A stretch of DNA of 64,000 bases from Mobula hypostoma. Its lineage: Eukaryota. The position numbers were made by a program, and so were the translations under genes. Every line of letters begins with the position of its first letter. Positions within the stretch are counted from its first letter, which is position 1. Below the pieces are notes generated by a model. The model was given only the letters and a program-made list of their open reading frames with translations. It had not been told where the DNA came from and made no database searches. Below, one piece after another: positions 37,941-51,224 of this stretch. The stretch lies in contig NC_086097.1 of the NCBI RefSeq assembly GCF_963921235.1, forward strand, positions 117,058,001 through 117,122,000, given 5' to 3'.

Positions 37941-40900
37941 AACCTTCTTGATTTTGCAGCGGTTATCTCAGATGCAGGCCACTATTCCTGAACGAAGATT
38001 CAATAAGGTCGATCCTTTATGAAACTGCCAAATGACACCAACTCTACTCAATTCTTCGGGTTCCCATACTTTAGTAAGGTCTTCACTCTCCAATATTAGA
38101 CTGTAAAGGTAGGTCAAAGGTGCAATACACAAAAACTGGCAGCAATTGGCAAATCTGCCGGCACAACAATTTTACCTTACAATAGAAAGTAAAACTCCAC
38201 TTTAAAATAAAACTGCGTCATGAGATGAATAGGCAGAATAACGATGTAACTGATGAACTAACCTGCGTGACAACAGGGGTTTCCTCTTTATACACCGGTA
38301 GGGAACATATCATCACGTGACCCCACACTGGCGGGAAAATTACATCACCCCACCATCACAAGACCATTACATCATGCTCACAAAATACTCCATTACATCA
38401 TGGTCATAAGACACTCACAATATACTCACGAGGTATGTAACACCTCCCTCCAAAAAGGGAAAATTTTGATCTGTTATGAACAAAATTTTAACAACTAATT
38501 ACTTACACAAAAAACTACAAATGTATAAAATCTACAACATTCACAATATACACAGCATTATCATACAGCACCTTATAAACCAATATACAGTAGGAGTGTT
38601 ACACATGTTAAAATACCACTCTATAAAAAATTACATTGTACATTCAACATCTAGATAGACAGTCAACAATCACATTATCTTTACATTTAATATGAATTAT
38701 CAAAATATATTAACATCAAACTCCAATTCAGTAACCTTCTATTTTTGTTTTTCATCTTACTTAAAAACACTAAGTAAAAACACCATGATTGGTATAAACT
38801 ATGAGTGGTTTCTGAATTGTGCCAACATACACATCAAAATGTTGTCAAGCCAAAACAGGAGATAATAATTTTTTTTCCATGATTGAATAATTTCTTTGAT
38901 GCTCATTAAATTTCTTAGAAAGGTAAGCTACTGGACGATCAACCTCATCACCATCATCCCTTTGAATTAACACTGCTCCTGCAGCCTCATCACTAGCATC
39001 TACAGCTAATGAAAATAGTTTTTCAAAGTCAGGTGACCTGAGCACAGGTTTGTGACATAGCATAGTTTTCAATTTATCAAATGCCTCCTGACAAGGCTCT
39101 GTCCAAACAAACCTTTCACTTTTCTTCAAGAAATTAGTTAATGTAAGGGCAATATTTGCAAAATTCTTACAAAATTTACGGTAATATCCTACCATACCCA
39201 AGAATCTTCTGAGAGTTTTCTTACCAGTTGGAGTGGGTATCTCTAAAATTGCCCGAACTTTTGCCTGAACAGGAGCTAAGTTACCTTGACCCACAACATA
39301 GCCAAGGTAAGTCACAGTGGCATGACCAAATTCACTTTTAGATAAGTTAATAGTTAAGTGAGCTTTTGAAAGCCTTTCAAATAGTTTCTCCACCGCAGTA
39401 ATATGTGCTTCCCAAGTATAATTTCCTGTAAGTAAATCATCAATATAGGCATCTGTATCTTTTAACTCATGAATCACAGAATTAATCATCCGCTGGAAAG
39501 TACTTGGTGCATTCTTCATCTCAAAGGGAAGAACATTATATTCATATAACCCAGATGGGGTTACAAATGCAGAAATCTCTCTACCGCTATCTGTCAATGG
39601 AACACACCAACAACCTTTTAACAAATCAATCTTTGTAAGGAACTTTGCTTTCCCAACTTTATCCACGCAATCATCCGCCCTAGAGATTGGATACGCATCA
39701 GTTTTTGTCACAGCATTTTCCTTCCTGTAATCAGTACAAAACCGTATACTATTGTCTGGTTTAGGCACCATAACACAAGGTGAAATCCAATTTGAATTAG
39801 AAGGTCATATATTTAATTTCTTGTTCAGCAAGCTCACATTTCTCCATGTTCATCCAATATGGATGTTGCTTTATGGGTTTGGCATTGTCAATATCTACAT
39901 CATGTGAAGCTACTGTGGTTCTTTTAGGAACGTTTGGAAATAAATCCCTATATTTAAAAATTAACTGCTTCATCTGCTGCCTCTGCTCTGGCTGTAAATG
40001 AGCTAATTTCTCATTATTATTTTCCAGAATTGTTGAATTTGGTAATCTGGCAGAAACAATGTTGGGTTTAAAATGAATTTCAGATGAATTATCCATTAAG
40101 TTCCTAGTGGGATCAGACTCATTATTATTGACCACAACAGTCACAGTAGCAGACTGCTTCTCATAATATGGATTTATCATATTTATATGAAAAAGCTGTG
40201 TTGGCCTTCTTCGATCTGGTATTTTTATCACATAAACCACATCATTAACTTTAGATATAATCTCAGAAGGACCATGAAATTTAGCTTGTAAAGGGTTTGT
40301 TTGCACTGGGAAAACACCTTATCTGCAGGCTTAAATAACCTCATTCTAGCTTCTTTATCATACCAAGTTTTCATTTTCTCCTGAGATGATTTTAAATTTA
40401 CCCTGGCTATAGCTACAAGCTTTATGCAATCTTTCCTTAAATTCCAAAACATAAACCAGCAAATTAGTATGTACCTCTTTATTAATCCACTGTTCTTTTA
40501 ACAAGGCCAAATGTCCTCTAACTCTATGCCCAAACACAAGTTCAAAAGGACTAAAACCTAGGGATTCCTGCTCTGACTCCCATTCTGCAAAAAGAAGTAA
40601 ATGAACACCCTCATCCTAATCCTTTTCATTTTCCACACAATACATCCTAATCATGGTTTTGAGGGTAGAATGGAACCTTTCCAAGGCTCCATGTGATTCT
40701 AGATGGTATGCAGACAAGGTAATCTGTTTGGCTCCCAGCTTATAAACTATCTGCTGGAACAATCCAGACATAAAATTACTACCTTGATCAGATTGAATCT
40801 CCTTAGGTAATCGAAAATAAGTAAAGAGTTTTATAAGAGCTTTTATTACAGTTTTGACCATTATATTCCTGAGTGGTACTGTCTCTGGAAACCTAGGCGC

Positions 40901-41415
40901 TGTGCACATGATGGTCAGTAAATATTGATGGACAGTTTTGCTTTTTGCAATGGGCCTCCACAATCTACAATAATTTTAGAAAACAGTTCATCAAATGTGG
41001 GAATAGGTTGTAGTGGGACCACTGGAGTAACTTGATTAGGTTTACCCACATTTTGACAAGTATGACACATTCGGCAAAATATCACCACATCTTTTCTTAA
41101 ACTAGGCCAGGACAAATGTTTAAAAACCTTATTCGCAGTTTTCTTCACACCTTGATGGCTATCCAAGGGCATACTATGAGACAAAGTTAAAATCTCATTC
41201 CGATAAACTTTAGGAACTACTACCTGGTGATTAACTTCCCATTCTTCACTTGCAGAACTTGTAGGTGATCTCCACTTTCTCATTAATACTCCCTTCTTAA
41301 AGTAATATCCTACGGGCACCTTCTCAATTTCACTATCTGGAAGAGCTTGTTCTTTTAATTTGATAATCTCAGGGTCTCTACTTTGCTCTACTATCATCTC
41401 CTTCTGAGATAGAGA

Positions 41416-42130
41416 TGTAAGGGGGTTTCGTCTTTTATGTTACTGCGTAGTCTAACTAAAATGTCTTCTTTGTTATGTTATACTTGGGAATGCTTTTTGT
41501 TATGGTAAATGCTGAGAAAGTCCTCCCGCTAGCAGTTTGTTGAATCGCATTACTGATAAGAAGATGTTATGAACCAATTGGGATAGTTGTTATGTTTTTG
41601 GTGTATTTGAAGATACTGTATGTGCAGGGTTTTGCGGCAGAAGGTGGGAGAGAGAGACAGAGGATGGACCAGGTGCTGTGATGTCTGCTAATGGGGTCGG
41701 ACCCCGAGGAGGGGTTTGGCGAGGAGGCGGAGACGGACTCGTGTGGAGCGTCTGGTCGACCACCGTTGTTGGTCCCAGGTGGCTGGTTGAGGTGGTCCGG
41801 GGGCAGGGGGGTGGTGGTTGCAGGGTGAAGAAGAAGGGTCCTGAGCTCCAACTGTTTGTGCACGAAGAGATTGAACTTTGATAAGTGTGGCGCCTTTTAT
41901 TTTCCTTTTATATTTTATTCTCTATTAATTATATAGTTCCAGTGATATCTATAAACTGTAAATCATTTAATTGTATCTGGCGCATTGCCTGTTATTTGGG
42001 CAGGGTGGGGTACATCACACAGCATCCACACAAACTAATTACCCATTTTGGCGGGGTCAAGGGCTGTTTCCCTAGACGACAGTGAGCCGAGCAACTCTGA
42101 GGGTGGCCGGGGTGGGGTGGGGCCGCCATA
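41416..42130. mobile_element. Solo LTR, 715 bp, inside the Gmr1-like pol
   Basis: TSD GAGA at 41412-41415 and 42131-42134; TG...TA termini; removal restores EYLSLSQKEMIVEQ. Confidence 0.85.
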
Positions 42131-45100
42131 GAGACAAATATTCACGGTCAGACTTACTGCAAGAATCTTGGTCAAACAATGAAGGTAAGAAAGTTTCTGA
42201 CACGTCCTCAATATTCGAATCCTGAGTTCTACGGTTATGGGTAACAGCCTCATCCTGCACATCAATCTTTTTGGCCATAGCTCGGGTTACAACAGAGGAG
42301 GAATCCATGTTATAATTCATCTTTGGTTCATTAGAGTTGGGATTTATTGTCAAATGCACTTCAGGAAAAACTTGTCCATCTGCTAAGTCATTCCCTAACA
42401 ATAGAGAAACATCATTCTTGGGTAAACTAGGTTGTAGTCCTACTTTAACAGGTCCTGTAACTATTCCTGACGTTAAATTTGCTCTATGCAAATATACAGG
42501 CATAAGGGCACTTCCAACACCTTGTATATAGTTTACCTTACCAATGTCAGACTCATCACTAAACTTTAGAACACTGTCTAACATAAGTGACTGAGAAGCT
42601 CCAGTATCCCTAAGGATTTTTATTGGTACCAGAGTGGATCCCTCTTTCAAGGATACAAATCCTTTTGTTATAAAATGATCATATCCCCTCTTAACTCGAT
42701 CAGACTCTAACAAAGCTTCATTTGTATTTTTTGAACCCTGTGGATTTACAGGTGCTTCAATATGTTGCACATAAGCATCTGGGACTGCCTCCTTCTCCTT
42801 CTTCTTCAATCGGAAACAGTTAGCTATTACGTGACCAGGTTTCTTACAATAATTACGAATAGGACCAAAATTTCTTTCCTTCACATGTTTCCCTTCATCC
42901 TTACCTTTCTCACTAACTTCTGATTTAATTTCCAGTTTACTTTGACTGTCTGTGCCAGTTTTGCTTTTAAAAGTTCTACCCGGAGGAAATTTACTCTTAT
43001 GGATTAAAGCATACTCATCTGCTAATTTCGCAGACTCCTGCAATGTAGCAGTGTCCCTCTCATTTAAGTATGTCCTTACTTCAACAAGGATGGTCCTTTT
43101 AAATTCCTCCATTAAAATCAATTCTTTTAAGTTATTATACTCCCCATTCACATTTTTAGAGGAAACCCATCTCTCAAAAACACACAGATTTATCAGAGGC
43201 AAATTCCACATGTTTTTTCCACAGATTTCATCAAATTTCTGTATCTTTCTCCATAAGCTTCTAGAACCAGTTCCTATGCTTTCAGTCTATGCTGCTTCAC
43301 AATATCATAATCAAGCGCTTGCTCAGCAGTTAAAGCTGTATAAACTTGTTGTGCCTTGCCTTTAATTACACTTTGTAACATCACTGGCCATTTTTCTTTC
43401 AGCTACTCTGAAATCAGAGCAACAATTTCAAAATGTTGAAAATATTTGTCCACTTCTGTCTCATTAAATGGAGGAGCCAATATAACTTCTCGACTAGCAA
43501 AAACGGTTTCCTACAACCAGAAGCCTGAGTCTCAGACCTTAACTGCTTTATCGCTAGCTCAAATTCCCTCTGTTTATTTGAGGCTTCTAACCGACTTCGT
43601 TCCAAGTCAGCTTCTAATTGTTTCTGTTTTAAGTCAGCTTCTACTCTAAGCTTTTCTAATGCTACCAGTTCTAAGTGTAACTGGATCACTGCTTTACTTA
43701 CAGGGAACCTATCTAACTCCGCTTCATCAAAAACTCCCCAATCTATATAGTGTTCCGCGATTTTCCCCTGAATTACTGCCTTAGTTGTAACCGTCAATAT
43801 TCCTTTAAGGTCTAACCTTCTAGCAATCTCTAATACATCACCCTTTTTTTGCTTTCACGAATCCCACCGGGTCAGGCAATGCCAGAAATTCATCAATATT
43901 CATTGATGCCGAATACCACCCACAGACCAATCAAACAAAAGAATCAGGTATTTCCCTTTTCCAAATCAGATTGATAATTAAACAAGCACTTGAGCTCAAA
44001 ATTGGAACATATCGCAGATGAGCCACCAATTTTGTCACGTGTCCAGCAACAATGAATATAATTCAGTCAAGTTTTATAACAAACATAAACATTTATTAAA
44101 CTCTGCTCAACAATAGTGAAAAGTATTCAAATGACTAACTTAACCGGAAGTTAACTGCTATATGGCAACTCTGGAACAGTTCTTAAAGTGGTAAATTTGA
44201 GCACAGTCTTAAAGTGGTAAATTCGAAAGTCCAAGTGATTTATACAGCCAGTAAGGAGAGACTTCTCTGAAACTGATTTCATCGAAGATTTGACATTACT
44301 GCTGATCCCAGCCGAGAGATGCCTTCCAAAGAATTCACGACGAAGGAAATAAAATGGCTTAAAGGAACTGACCTTTTTCCTGGATGGTGAACACTGCACG
44401 AACCTTCCTGATCTCGCAGGGGTTATCTCAGATGCAGGCCACTATTCCTGAACAAAGATTCAATAAGGTCGATCCTTTATGAAACCACCGAATGTCACCA
44501 AATCTACTCAGTACTTCGGGTTCCCATTCTTTAGTAAGGTCTTCAGTCTCCAATACGAGACTGCAAAGTTAAATCAAAGGTGCAACACACAAAAACTGGC
44601 AGTGATTGGCGAAACTGCCGGCACAACGATTTTACCTTACAATAGAAAGTAAAACTCCATTTTAAAACGAAACTGCGTCATGAGACCAATACGCAGCATA
44701 ATGACGTAACTGACGAACTAAACTGCGCGACAACAGGGGTTTCCCCTTTATATACCTGTAGGGAACATGTCATCACATGACCTCACACTGGTGGGATAAT
44801 TACATCACCCCACCATCACAAGACTGTTACATCATGCTCACAAGATACTCAATTACAACATGGTCATAAGACAGTCACAAGATACCCAAGAGGTATGTAA
44901 AAGGTGTACCTGATGAAGTTTTCACAGACAATGTCCACAATTCAATAGTGAATGCATGAGACATTTTGCTCATGAATGGGACTTTGTTCTTACAACATCT
45001 AGTCCATTTTTCCCTCAGTCCAATGAATTAGTTGCGAAGTCAGTAGGAATTATCAAGAAACTGATGCACAAAGCAAAAGATAGTGGTGGTGATTTTTATA

Positions 45101-45974
45101 AAGCTTAGTTAGCCCATCGCAGTACTCCACTTGTATGTGGATCTTCACGTGCTCAGCTCTTGATGGGATGCCGTTTGAGATCCAATCTGCCAATAGATGA
45201 GAGCCTTCTGAGAACAGGGGGAGGTGAACAAGTGAAAAGATGGTAAGATGAACACAAAGCAAAGCTGAAAATATACTTTGACAGATGTTCTCGTCCATTA
45301 CCTGAACTACACCAAGGAGATGAAGTAAGGATACAAGACAGAATGAACACATGGACACAGGAAGCTACAGTACTTGAAGAAGTACAACCCAGATCATACA
45401 TGGACCAAACAGAAGAAGGAACCGTGTTAAGAAGAAATCGCGAAGACCTCAAGAAGGAGCCAACTTCAGATTTTCAGTTAACTGATGCAGACCAGACAAA
45501 ATATGGAAATAACAATGAAACACAAGAATTGTGTGAACCACTTAGAAGGTCTACTCGTGTTCATAAACCGCCAGGGAGACTGATAGAGACATGCTAAATT
45601 ATGCATTTGCTCTGGTTAATTGTTAATTGTTTTTCTTTTTAAGGAAAGGAAGATGTGGTGATATGATGTGTAAGAACGTGATTGGAGACAGTTCTGAGCA
45701 TGTGCAGGGTTGATAGAAAGATTGAGAAACATGGCATTGTAAAAACGTTGTGGTTGTTGTTAAATAAAAGTTATATTTCTTCCAGAAGTTGATTCTTTAT
45801 TAGTAACCCATGGTATGTATGAATATAAAGAACACAACAGTTGTTGCTTGGGACAGATATAAAAAGATTATGTTTTAGCTCTGTGGGATGTTGATGAGAT
45901 CATATCTGAAGTGCAGAACACAATATTGCCTCCTTATTCAAAGAATGTGAATGTGTTGGAAATGATTCAAGTTT

Positions 45975-46218
45975 ATTGAAATAAAGTGCAGGATAGGTCC
46001 TTCCCATCCTTCAAGCCGTGTCTCCCAGCAACCACCTGATTTACCCTAGCTTAACCTCAGGACAATTTACCAACTGGTGTGTCTTTAGAGCACCCGGAGG
46101 AAACACACATGGTCAGAGGGAAAACGTACAACCTTTTTACAGGCAATGGCAGGAATTGAACCCGGGTCGTCTATACTGTAACATGTTGTGCTAACCACTA
46201 CACTACCGTGTTGCCCCA
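45975..46218 (-). mobile_element. V-SINE (HE1-like) inside an old CR1 3' fragment (~45860-46580)
   Basis: Reverse complement GGGGCAACACGGTAGTGTAGTGG...GGTTCAATTCC head and V-domain. Confidence 0.8.
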
Positions 46219-47949
46219 AGTTGTTTCATGGGGAACTATTGGACAGTCCAGGCTTGTGTCAACTGGAGTTTAATAAAAGGAAATTAGGTGGGGACTTGAC
46301 CTAAGCATGCAATATTTTGAGAGAACTTGATAGGGTGGATATAGAGGAGAAGTTATTGTTTAAAAATAACCAGTCACTCATTTGAGATTTGGTAAAATGT
46401 TGTTCTTCTCTCAGAAAATCATGGGTATTTAGAAATCTTTTCCTCAAATGACAGTGGAGGCAGTCTTTGAATATTTTTAAGGCAGAAATAGATAGATAAG
46501 CTAGGAGTTGAACAGTTAGAGTTAGAGTAGATAGCCAAGAATGTGGAGGGATTGTGTGATTACCCGAGCTTGTTCTTAATTCATGTACACATATGGCTTC
46601 TGTCTCTTCTGAATTTACAGATATTAACAACTTTGTACCAAAGTCTCATGCAAAATGTTAAGCAGGAGAACACTATCTTTGATTCCTTTCTGAATCTAAA
46701 GGTCAAACTAAGTTTATTATTACCATCTTGCAATTTATTTTCCAGCAGGCATTTATAGGAAAATAAAGGAACACAATAGAATTCATGAAAAATCTATACA
46801 TTAATAAAGACTGACAAACAATCAATGTGTATAAAAGACAAATTGTGCAAATAGCAAAAATAACTAAATAATACTGAGAACATGGGTTTTAGAGTGCCTG
46901 AACGTGAGTGTGTTGTTGTGGAAGCATAAGGTTTGTGGTGAGTAAAGTCATGTATGTCGGTTCAGGAGTCCAATTCTCCAGCAACTGCACTGGTAAAGTC
47001 AAGTGTTCTTCACTGCTATTGGCTCACAAGTTGATTATAATTGTTGAGTTCAGTTTCCCTGTCATATTCTTGAAAAGTTACTACAAATATGGAATTAGCA
47101 GCAACAGTGACAAGCCTGTCACCGCACTATTCGCTCATGCTCCAGCAGAAGGCACATTGAACACCAAGACATCACGAAAAATACATAAGGAGCTTTGAAC
47201 TGGGAATTACAGTAGCAATAATATGCAGATGCACAATTTTCTGTGCACCATTTTCACAGCAGGAGAACATAAACATCAAAAAATTCTTCCTCAGCCCTCA
47301 GCTATGCTTAAACCAATTAGTATATATATTTCAGATTTCTGTGCCTATAATATAATTTTTGACATAATGTTTCAATCAGGATTATTTATAACCTCAGCGC
47401 AAGTCAAACATAGATGTTGATCTCTCAGCAAGACTACTTCAAGCAATCAAATCATTAGCATTCTTGTTAACAATGCATCTTTAATTTCTTTGATCAGCTG
47501 TGTCTTGGCTTCAAATTTTACTTTATAAATCTTTCTATTGAAATGTCTCTGGCATTAAGTGCAAATAGATGGTGCACAACTGGCAAACCTTCCTACGTGT
47601 TGTGCAATTGTATACCTCAGATTAAAAATATCATACATATCCTGCTTTGATACAAGACTGACGTTAGTGCTGTTTACTGAAAGTAACATTAACTGAATTT
47701 CAAAAATTGATGGGCTGAATTAGAAATATCTTTTTTTTACCTGATTTCCTATTGTAAGATTCCGACAAAAAAATATTATCATTAAAATAAGTGACAATTT
47801 GACAAAATATCTTTTTTTTGGCTAAATCTCTAACTGAAGGTGGGAAGCTTATAGAAAATTAGTGTTAAGTTAAATGCTTTGAATTAGGTCAAAGTAGTTT
47901 GCTTTAAGAAATATTAGCCAAGTTTCGATTTTTTAAGAACCTGAACTTA

Positions 47950-49082
47950 CACTCAGTGGCCACTTTATTACATACACCTGTTCACCTGCTTGTTAATGCA
48001 AACATCTAATCAGACAATCATGTGGTAGCAACTCGATGCATAAAAACATGCAGACGTGGTCAAGAGGTTCAGTAGTTGATCAGAATGGGGAGAAATGTAA
48101 TCTAAACGACTTTGACTGTTGGTGCCAGACAGGATGGTTTGAGAATCTCAGAAGCTGCTGTCCTCCTGGGATTTGCATGCATGACCATCTAGAGTTTATA
48201 GAGAATGGTGCAATAAATGAGAAAAACAACTGCGAGTGGCCGTTCTATGGACAAAACGCCTTGTTAATGAGAGTAATCTCTCCGAGAGGACCAAAAACTT
48301 GTCGTGGTTTGGAGGCTTGCGTGCCTCAATAACCCGGAGGGTTATATTGGCTGGAGCCAGGATCTTATGCTGTGGTTCTTGGTAGGGTCACCCATGCCAA
48401 ACAGGTCAAAGGTTAGAAGCCAGCCTAAGAGTGGTCCACTGATCCTCGAGGTTCGGGGGTTCAGCTCAGGGCTAACAACACTGGCACGTCAAACAAAACT
48501 GTTATAGAAACAACAATGAAGAATCCTTCTACACTTGTGTGTGATGGTATTCCTGAGTGTCTCTCTGGGACACAAGACAAACAGTAAACCGAGAGGAAGC
48601 TGCTGACATGATGTAGGAAACCAAGAACGATGCCAGAGATGGATGACCATCATTGCTGCCCTAGATGCCAGCAGCATAAGGGGTAATAGAAACAAGAATG
48701 AGAAAGATCAGAGTAGAGACTGGTAGGTTCTTGATTGGACATGACATCAAAGGTTACAGGAGAAGGCCGGGAACTGGGGTTGAGGAGGAGAAAAAAAATG
48801 ATCAGCCATGATTGAATGGTGGAGCAGACTCCATGGACCAGATGGCCTAATTCTGCTCCTATGTCTTATGTCTCAGAATCACCAGATTGGTTCAAGCTGA
48901 CAGGAAGGTGACAGTAACTCAAATAATCATGTGTTACAACAGTGGTGTGCAGAAGAATGGCTCTGAATGCACACCATGTTGAACCTTAAAGTGGGTGGGC
49001 TACAGCAGCAGAAGACTGCAGATATCACTCAGTGGCCACATTATTAGGTACAGCAGGTACCAAATAAAGAGGCTACTGAATG
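47950..49082 (+). mobile_element. Tc1-like deleted transposon with nested RTE-type insert and CR1 tail
   Basis: TA-CACTCAGTGGCCACTTTATT...AATAAAGAGGCTACTGAATG-TA. Confidence 0.8.
48273..48696 (+). mobile_element. Bipartite RTE (Expander/Rex3-like) non-autonomous element
   Basis: TSD AATGAGA at 48266-48272 and 48697-48703; GGTAGGGTCACCCATGCCAAACAGGTC resembles RTE 5' UTRs. Confidence 0.65.
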
Positions 49083-49688
49083 TAGCTTTGGTACTTTAAC
49101 AGAAAAGAACAATACTATTTCTAAGTTACCAGTGTTTTTGAAGATTATAATTCCAGAAGCTAACAGTTTGAATTTAGATGAATAATTCTGCAGCCACTAT
49201 AAAAGGTCATTTGATATAAAGCACAGCTATGTGATTGCAATTTGCTAATGAGGCATCGTCTCATCATTTTACAGCATATGGGTCAGTGCGCTCTGGGACA
49301 TGCTCAGAGAATCCTTTGTGAATCAGGAGGCTTGTTTTGCCAATGTGCTGCCTTGCAATCCAGATGCCCCCTGTACATATGATTGATGGAACAACTAACA
49401 CGTCATCCAGAAATCTTACTCTGTGGGAAATCTAGGATTTATGACAGCTGTACATGTTATTCTAATTGCCAAACTAATGAGAATTGTGAGTGTTACACGG
49501 CATGAAGGATTCTGGCATTGGATAAGCATCTGACTCATTAATAAACATCTCCTTGGAATACATTCATAGTGTTGAAAGTAGAAAGCTGTGGAAATTCCAG
49601 TTTTATTAGGATTAGCTGCAGCTCAGTTATAACCTCCAAATCAAAAAATAGTGGGTTCAGAGACTAGACCAACAAACCTCTACTGAAG

Positions 49689-49886
49689 CAACACACATAA
49701 AAGTTGCTGGTGAACGCAGCAGGTCAGGCAGCATCTTCTCTTCTTCTTTCAGTTAGTCCTGACAAAGGGTCTCAGCCCGAAACGTCGACTGTATCTCTTC
49801 TTGTAGATGCTGCCTGGCCTGCTGCGTTCACCAGCAACTTTTATGTGTGTTGCTTGAAATTCTAGCATCTGCAGATTTCCTCATGT
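49689..49886 (+). mobile_element. Minimal Penelope-like insertion with inverted arm and hammerhead motif
   Basis: 15-bp direct repeat AAACCTCTACTGAAG at 49674-49688 and 49887-49901; 51-bp inverted arms; TAGTC-CTGACAA...GAAACGTC-GACTG. Confidence 0.85.
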
Positions 49887-50563
49887 AAACCTCTACTGAA
49901 GTTTCTTTGGGTGTTGCATTGCCACAATTGTGTCTTTCAGACGGAATGCCAAATCTTTAAGTTCAAATTTTATTGTCATTTAATATACACATGTATACAG
50001 GTAAATAAAACAGCGTTCCTCTGGGGCCAAGGCGCAAAACATACATCACAAAGCACATATAGTTACGACAGCACATACAGTCACAAAAAGTTATATTCGC
50101 ACAAATCCCCACGTGACGTGTTCTTAAGATATATGGTAAATGGTCTGTTTTCCTGGAGATCTTCTCATCTCCAGTAGGCATAAAGTAACTAGTAGTATTA
50201 TTTTGAAGTAAAGAAGAATTCTAGGTCAATAAGTACATCAAAATCAAACATCACTAAAACAGATAATCTTTTCATTACTTAACTCATCTTTGAAGTAAAT
50301 GTAAGTAATCAAGAAATAAGTATAAACCTGGCCAATCCCTCGAGCTTAGTCAGTCATTCAATGAGGTTATGGCTAATCGTTAACATTAGATCCATAAAAC
50401 CACCAAACCCTCAGATCACAAGATCGCTTTAATGTTCAAGAACCTATAGATTTTTGAATCTGTACAACAACTGAGCTTCATACTACAATGGGGAAGGGCA
50501 TTCTGCAGATTCCTAACCCTGTGGGAAGAATCTTTTCCCTGTTTAAGTTCAAAGTGATTGAAA

Positions 50564-50901
50564 TGTCATGATGTGCGCTGGCAACATCAGAACCCAAGTG
50601 CGGAGGAAAGACAGAGGGGCGAAGAGAGTTTATTCATAATAATTCCGAAAGAACATTTTCAAAACTAGGACCCCATGATTAGTGGTAATAGGGCATCTGC
50701 TTAACTAATGTAAGTGACACGGAATCCCCAAGCCTATCAAAATAAACTTAATAAGCTTAAACAGAGAGCACCATGATACTGTATTATAAAGAGCAAGTCG
50801 CTCAAGAAAAATCACAAGGAATTCTAAACAATTAAGAACTGTTGTTAAACAACAATAAACTAATTCAGGTGCTCCAAAAGCCTTGGAGCCCAACAGTCAC
50901 A
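50564..50901 (-). mobile_element. Solo LTR (same family as 16798-17117)
   Basis: TGTCA...TCACA termini, flanks GAAA/GAAT, shared internal motifs. Confidence 0.55.
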
Positions 50902-51224
50902 GAATCTAATACATTTCAATAAAATTATCTCATTTTCCAAATCCGTAGGATTGATCAACCCAGTCTACACAATATTTCCTCTAAGGGAAAAAAAACTTCT
51001 CTGAAGAATGAATTTAAACCTTTAGATATGCTTTCCTTAATTCCTGTAAATTTGTGACTATACGTCCTTATGATTTCCATCTAACACTTCTATAATAAAG
51101 ATCTGGCGTTCTAATGACTTGGCAACCGGAACATCAGCTGCTTATGTTTTGTGCAATATAGTAAGATCAGATAAATTTGTACATCAACATGTAACAATCT
51201 CTTACCAACGTAAATAATGTCATA

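Larger units (their letters stand above)
34888..44902 (-). mobile_element. Gmr1-like Gypsy LTR retrotransposon (gag-PR-IN-RT-RH) nested in the outer integrase
   Basis: ~870-bp LTRs at 44033-44902 and 34888-35256 plus 37941-38442; TSD AGTG/GGTG; tRNA-Pro-like PBS 44011-44028 (14/18); PPT ~38443-38455; YCKKPGHVIANC, RDTGA, SDQGSNF, YIDD. Confidence 0.92.
32714..45839 (+). mobile_element. Gypsy LTR retrotransposon (outer), decayed, internally deleted and interrupted
   Basis: 186-bp TG..CA LTRs at 32714-32899 and 45654-45839 (~16 mismatches); TSD ATTGT/GTTGT; PBS-like TGATGTCAGA; PPT AAGGAAAGGAAGA; gag, RT (FMDDII), RNase H and IN split at SRH|GVPDEVFTDN. Confidence 0.95.
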
